Positions 57,109 to 64,000 of a stretch of DNA of 64,000 bases are shown here, one piece after another (position 1 is the first letter of the stretch; every line of letters starts with the position of its first letter). The notes below the pieces were generated by a model. It did no database searches and was not told where the DNA came from. It was given only the letters and a program-made list of their open reading frames with translations. Position numbers and translations under genes: made by a program. Source of the DNA: the human T2T-CHM13v2.0 reference genome, Homo sapiens; the NCBI RefSeq assembly GCF_009914755.1, contig NC_060948.1. The stretch is one strand, 5' to 3'.

Positions 57109-60100
57109 AGGCCTGGAATAAAGTGGAATGCTACGGTCTCGAATGGAATAAAAATATATGGAGTGGAATGCAATGAAACGGAATCGAATGTCATAGAATG
57201 TAATGGAATGCAAAAAAATGGAATCCAAAATCATTGACTGGAAAGGCTGGGTGTCGAAAGGAATTGACTCCAATGGAATGGAATCGAATGGAATGGAAGT
57301 GAATAGAATCGAACTAAATCGAATGGAATGGAATTGATAGGAACGGAATGGAAAGGAATGCAATGATTTGGCATGGAATGGAATCGAATGGCATCGAATG
57401 GAATGGAATGGAATGCAATGGAATGGAATGTATTAGAATGTAATGAACTTTAATGGAATGTACTCGAATGGATTCGACTGGAATGGAATGTTCTGGAAGT
57501 GAATGGACTCCAATGGAATGGATTGAAAAGGAATGGAATCGTACGGAATGGAATCTAATGGAATGGAATTAAATGGAAATGAATCAAATTGAATAGCACG
57601 AAATTGAATTGAATGGAATCGAATGCAATGGAATCTAATGAAATGGAAAGGAAAGGAATGGAATGGAATGGGCTGGAATGGAAAGGAATCGAAACGAATG
57701 GAATGGAATCGAACTGAGGAGACTGGAATGGAATACACTTCAATGGAAGGGAATGTAATGGAAGGTTCTCGAAAAAAATGGAAACGAATGGAATGGAATT
57801 GAATGGAACGGAATAGAGTCGAATGGAATTGAATGGAATGGAATGGACTAGAGTGAAATGGAATCGAACCACAAGGAATGGACAGGAATAGAATGGTCTC
57901 GAATTGAACGGAATCGTATGGAATGGCATCAAACGGAATGGAATGGACAGCCACGGAATGGAATGCACTCGAATGCAATGGAGTCGAAACTAATGGACTG
58001 GAATAGAATGGACTCGACTGGTACGGACTCCAATGGAATGGAATCGAATGGAAGGGAATCGAACGGAATGGACTCGAAGGGAAAAGACTGCAATGGAAAG
58101 GTCTCGAATGGAATGGAAATTAATGGAATGGAATGGAATCGAATGAAATGGAGTCAAAAGGAATGGAATCGAATGGCAAGAAATCGAATGTAATGGAATC
58201 GCAAGGAATTGATGTGAACGGAACGGAATGGAATGGAATCCAAAGAAATGGAATAGAATGGAATGGAATCGAATGGAAAGGACTCGAATGGAAATCACTC
58301 GAATAGAATGCAATTTAATAAAATAGGATGAAATGTAATGGAATGGAATGGAAAGGAATCGAAACGAAAGGAATGGAGACAGATGGAATGGAATGGAACA
58401 GAGAGCAATGGTATAGAATGGAATGGAATCATCTGGAATGGAATTGAATGGAATGGAATAATATGAAATGGAATGGAATGGAATGGAATGCCCTTGAATT
58501 AAATGGACTGGAATGGAATGGACTCGAACAGAGTGGAATGGAAAGTGTTGAGATAGAATGGAATGGACTCGTTGGGAATGGTCTAGTATGCAATGCAATC
58601 GACTGGCAGGGAATCAAAAGGAATGTAATCGAATGGATTGGACTGGAATGCAATGGACTCGAATAGATTGGAAACGGAATGCAAAGGAATGGAATGGAAT
58701 AGTATGGAATGGAATGGAAAGGAATGGAGTGGAATAGACTAGAGTGGAATGGAATGGACTCGAAAGCAATGGACTGGAATGGAACTTTCTTGAATGGACT
58801 GGAATCAAACGGAATGGAATGCAATGCAATCAAATGGCATGGAATAAAATAGAATGAAAGAGAATCAAATGGAATGGAATCGAATGGAATCGAATGGATT
58901 GGAAAGGAATAGAATGGAATGGAATGGAATTGATTCAAATGGAATGGACTAGATTGGAATGGATTCGAATGGAAGGCAAAGGAATGGAATCTATTGGAAT
59001 GGACTGCAATGGAATGGAATGGAAGGGATTGGAATGGACTCGAATGGAATGGACTGCAATAGAAAGGATTCGAATGGCATGAAAAAGAATTGAATGGAAT
59101 AGAACAGAATGGAATCAAATCGAATGAAATGGAATGGAATAGAAAGGAATGGAATGAAATGGAATGGAAAGGATTCGAATGGAATGCAATCGAATGGAAT
59201 GGAATCGAACGGAATGGAATAAAATGGAAGCAAACTGGCAAGAAATGGAATCGAAATGAATGGAGTGTTATGGATCGGACTCAAAATGAATTGAATGTAA
59301 TAGAATGGAGTGGAGTGGACTAGAATATAATGGACTGGAATGGAATGAAATCACATGGAATGGGAACGAATGGAATGGAATGGAAAGGAATGGAATCGAA
59401 TGGAAAGGAATCGAATGGAAGGGAATGAAATTGAATCAACAGGAATGGAAGGGAATAGAATAGACGGTAATGGAATGGACTCGAATAGAATGGACACGAA
59501 TGCTCAAATTGAATGGACTCGAATGGAATGGAAACGAAAGGAATGTCATCGAATGGAATGGAATCGATTGGAATGAAATCGCATAGAATGGAGTGGAATC
59601 AAATGGAATTGAATCGAAAGGAAAGGAAGCGAATGGACTGAAATGAAATGGAATGGAATTGAATGGAAAGTAATGCAATGGAATAGAGTGGAACGAAATT
59701 TCACGGAATGGAATCAAACTGAATGGAATCAAATCAATGGAATATAATCAAATGGAATGGAAAGGAATTGAATGGAGTAGATGGGATTGGATGGGATTGG
59801 AATGAAATGTACTGGAAAGGACTCGAATTTCATGAAACGGAATGGAATGAATTGGAACGGAATGGACTCGAATGGAATGGAAAGTCATGGAATGGCATCA
59901 AAAGGAATGGCATCAAATGGAATGGAATCGAATGCAATGGAATGCTATGGAATGGAATGGAATGCATTGGAATGGAATGTCCTCTAATGGAATGGATTCG
60001 AGTGGAATGGAATCGAATATAATGGAGTCGAATGAAATGGAATTGAAAGGAATGGGATCGAATACAATGGAATATACTGGAATGTAATGTAATGAACTCG

Positions 60101-60632
60101 AATGTAATTGACTGGAATGGAATGTACATGAATGGAATGTAGTCGAATGGAAAGTAATCCAATGGAATAGAATCTAATGCAATAAAATCGACTCAGATAG
60201 AGTAGAATGTAATGGAATGGAGTGCAGTGCAATGGAATGGAATGGAATGCAATGAAATGGAATGGAATGGGATGGAATGGTATGGAATGGATAGTAATGG
60301 ACTGGAGTGAAATGGACTGGAAAGGAATGGACTCAAATTGAAAGGGCTCGAAAGGAATGGAGTCAAATGGAATGGTCTGGAATGGAATGAACACGAATGT
60401 AATGCAACCCAATAGAATGGAATCGAATGGCATGGAATATAAAGAAATGGAATCGAAGAGAATGGAAACAAATGGAATGGAATTGAATGGAATGGAATTG
60501 AATGGAATGGGAACGAATGGAGTGAAATTGTATGCAGTAGAAGAGAATACAATGGAATGCAAGCGAAAGGAAAGGAATGGATTGGAATGGAATGGAATTC
60601 ATTGGAATGGAAGGGAATGTAGTGTAATGGAC
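57109..60632 (+). repeat. DYZ1 unit 17 (3524 bp)
   Basis: AGGCCT at 57109 and 60633. Confidence 0.85.
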
Positions 60633-63600
60633 AGGCCTGGAATAAAGTGGAATGCTACGGTCTCGAATGGAATAAAAATGTATGGAATGGAATGCAATGA
60701 AACGGAATCGAATGTCATAGAATGTAATGGAATGCAAAAAAATGGAATCCAAAATCATTGACTGGAAAGGCTGGGTGTCGAAAGGAATTGACTCCAATGG
60801 AATGGAATCGAATGGAATGGAAGTGAATAGAATCGAACTAAATCGAATGGAATGGAATTGATAGGAACGGAATGGAAAGGAATGCAATGATTTGGCATGG
60901 AATGGAATCGAATGGCATCGAATGGAATGGAATGGAATGCAATGCAATGGAATGTATTAGAATGTAATGAACTTTAATGGAATGTACTCGAATGGATTCG
61001 ACTGGAATGGAATGTTCTGGAAGTGAATGGACTCCAATGGAATGGATTGAAAAGGAATGGAATCGTACGGAATGGAATCTAATGGAATGGAATTAAATGG
61101 AAATGAATCAAATTGAATAGCACGAAATTGAATTGAATGGAATCGAATGCAATGGAATCTAATGAAATGGAAAGGAAAGGAATGGAATGGAATGGGCTGG
61201 AATGGAAAGGAATCGAAACGAATGGAATGGAATCGAACTGAGGAGACTGGAATGGAATACACTTCAATGGAAGGGAATGTAATGGAAGGTTCTCGAAAAA
61301 AATGGAAACGAATGGAATGGAATTGAATGGAACGGAATAGAGTCGAATGGAATTGAATGGAATGGAATGGACTAGAGTGAAATGGAATCGAACCACAAGG
61401 AATGGACAGGAATAGAATGGTCTCGAATTGAACGGAATCGTATGGAATGGCATCAAACGGAATGGAATGGACAGCCACGGAATGGAATGCACTCGAATGC
61501 AATGGAGTCGAAACTAATGGACTGGAATAGAATGGACTCGACTGGTACGGCCTCCAATGGAATGGAATCGAATGGAAGGGAATCGAACGGAATGGACTCG
61601 AAGGGAAAAGACTGCAATGGAAAGGTCTCGAATGGAATGGAAATTAATGGAATGGAATGGAATCGAATGAAATGGAGTCAAAAGGAATGGAATCGAATGG
61701 CAAGAAATCGAATGTAATGGAATCGCAAGGAATTGATGTGAACGGAACGGAATGGAATGGAATCCAAAGAAATGGAATAGAATGGAATGGAATCGAATGG
61801 AAAGGACTCGAATGGAAATCACTCGAATAGAATGCAATTTAATAAAATAGGATCAAATGTAATGGAATGGAATGGAAAGGAATCGAAACGAAAGGAATGG
61901 AGACAGATGGAATGGAATGGAACAGAGAGCAATGGTATAGAATGGAATGGAATCATCTGGAATGGAATTGAATGGAATGGAATAATATGAAATGGAATGG
62001 AATGGAATGGAATGCCCTTGAATTAAATGGACTGGAATGGAATGGACTCGAACAGAGTGGAATGGAAAGTGTTGAGATAGAATGGAATGGACTCGTTTGG
62101 AATGGTCTAGTATGCAATGCAATGGACTGGCAGGGAATCAAAAGGAATGTAATCGAATGGATTGGACTGGAATGCAATGGACTCGAATAGATTGGAAACG
62201 GAATGCAAAGGAATGGAATGGAATAGTATGGAATGGAATGGAAAGGAATGGAGTGGAATAGACTAGAGTGGAATGGAATGGACTCGAAAGCAATGGACTG
62301 GAATGGAACTTTCTTGAATGGACTGGAATCAAACGGAATGGAATGCAATGCAATCAAATGGCATGGAATAAAATAGAATGAAAGAGAATCAAATGGAATG
62401 GAATCGAATGGAATCGAATGGATTGGAAAGGAATAGAATGGAATGGAATGGAATTGATTCAAATGGAATGGACTAGAATGGAATGGATTCGAATGGAAGG
62501 CAAAGGAATGGAATCTATTGGAATGGACTGCAATGGAATGGAATGGAAGGGATTGGAATGGACTCGAATGGAATGGACTGCAATAGAAAGGATTCGAATG
62601 GCATGAAAAAGAATTGAATGGAATAGAACAGAATGGAATCAAATCGAATGAAATGGAATGGAATAGAAAGGAATGGAATGAAATGGAATGGAAAGGATTC
62701 GAATGGAATGCAATCGAATGGAATGGAATCGAACGGAATGGAATAAAATGGAAGCAAACTGGCAAGAAATGGAATCGAAATGAATGGAGTGTTATGGATC
62801 GGACTCAAAATGAATTGAATGTAATAGAATGGAGTGGAGTGGACTCGAATATAATGGACTGGAATGGAATGAAATCACATGGAATGGGAACGAATGGAAT
62901 GGAATGGAAAGGAATGGAATCGAATGGAAAGGAATCGAATGGAAGGGAATGAAATTGAATCAACAGGAATGGAAGGGAATAGAATAGACGGTAATGGAAT
63001 GGACTCGAATAGAATGGACACGAATGCTCAAATTGAATGGACTCGAATGGAATGGAAACGAAAGGAATGTCATCGAATGGAATGGAATCGATTGGAATGA
63101 AATCGCATAGAATGGAGTGGAATCAAATGGAATTGAATCGAAAGGAAAGGAAGCGAATGGACTGAAATGAAATGGAATGGAATTGAATGGAAAGTAATGC
63201 AATGGAATAGAATGGAACGAAATTTCACGGAATGGAATCAAACTGAATGGAATCAAATCAATGGAATATAATCAAATGGAATGGAAAGGAATTGAATGGA
63301 GTAGATGGGATTGGATGGGATTGGAATGAAATGTACTGGAAAGGACTCGAATTTCATGAAACGGAATGGAATGAACTGGAACGGAATGGACTCGAATGGA
63401 ATGGAATGTCATGGAATGGCATCAAATGGAATGGCATCAAATGGAATGGAATCGAATGCAATGGAATGCTATGGAATGGAATGGAATGCATTGGAATGGA
63501 ATGTCCTCTAATGGAATGGATTCGAGTGGAATGGAATCGAATATAATGGAGTCGAATGAAATGGAATTGAAAGGAATGGGATCGAATACAATGGAATATA

Positions 63601-64000
63601 CTGGAATGTAATGTAATGAACTCGAATGTAATTGACTGGAATGGAATGTACATGAATGGAATGTAATCGAATGGAAAGTAATCCAATGGAATAGAATCTA
63701 ATGCAATAAAATCGACTCAGATAGAGTAGAATGTAATGGAATGGAGTGCAGTGCAATGGAATGGAATGGAATGGAATGCAATGGAGTGGAATGGAATGGG
63801 ATGGAATGGTATGGAATGGATAGTAATGGACTGGAGTGAAATGGACTGGAAAGGAATGGACTCAAATTGAAAGGGCTCGAAAGGAATGGAGTCAAATGGA
63901 ATGGTCTGGAATGGAATGAACACGAATGTAATGCAATCCAATAGAATGGAATCGAATGGAATGGAATATAAAGAAATGGAATCGAAGAGAATGGAAACAA
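60633..64000 (+). repeat. DYZ1 unit 18 (truncated by window end)
   Basis: AGGCCT at 60633; extra GGCC at 61549-61552. Confidence 0.85.

Larger units (their letters stand above)
1..64000 (+). repeat. DYZ1: Human satellite 3 (HSat3) array with ~3.5-kb higher-order unit, most likely DYZ1 of Yq12 heterochromatin
   Basis: The whole window is GGAAT and 1-2 mismatch variants (CGAAT, GGACT, GCAAT, TGAAT, AGAAT). Unique landmarks (GGAATTCATT, ACAGGCCTGG, GGCTGGGTGTCG, CAGCCACGG, GCCCTTGAATT, GTCCTCTAA) recur every 3467-3579 bp. One EcoRI and one HaeIII site per unit and a ~3.56-kb full-length unit fit DYZ1. The chromosome assignment is inferred from these hallmarks, not from an alignment. Confidence 0.93.

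Noticed and set aside
181-64000. Hundreds of ORFs (MEWNG-rich on +, FHSIP-rich on -)
   Set aside because: These are direct translations of (GGAAT)n and (ATTCC)n, which have no stop codon in any frame. They overlap in all frames, recur in each unit, are freely frameshifted between copies and show no domain-like sequence.
1-64000. CRISPR-like or prokaryotic repeat-spacer system
   Set aside because: There are no unique spacers, palindromic direct repeats or cas genes; every segment recurs each ~3.5 kb as satellite.
1-64000. Alternative identities: HSat2, DYZ2/HSat1B, alpha satellite, telomeric repeat, Alu/L1 insertion or strand inversion
   Set aside because: I saw no HSat2-type CATTCGATTC-dominated short period, no AT-rich/Alu-containing 2.4-kb unit, no 171-bp monomer, no TTAGGG, and no non-satellite interruption or ATTCC-strand switch.

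Overview
The entire 64-kb window is one uninterrupted, single-orientation array of human classical satellite 3 (HSat3): diverged (GGAAT)n pentamers on the + strand, (ATTCC)n on the - strand. The pentamers are organised into a ~3.5-kb tandem unit, seen as 17 complete StuI-to-StuI copies of 3467-3579 bp plus partial copies at both ends. The unit length and the single EcoRI (GAATTC) and HaeIII/StuI (AGGCCT) site per unit match DYZ1, the Yq12 heterochromatin repeat (canonical unit 3564 bp). I see no genes, RNA genes, transposons or DYZ2/HSat1B blocks, and all ORFs in the track are by-products of the pentamer. The interesting structure is non-coding. (1) Each unit carries three perfect heat-shock elements (nGAAnnTTCnnGAAn), about 49 in the window, on a background dense in TEAD-type GGAATG motifs. 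(2) Shared indels and SNVs record nested duplications at offsets of 1, 2, 3 and 4 units, a net -51-bp variant in a DDFF-DDFF-DDFF pattern, a recent 3524-bp triplication, and a likely conversion tract. I found no novel protein-coding system. All counts and coordinates were read by eye.
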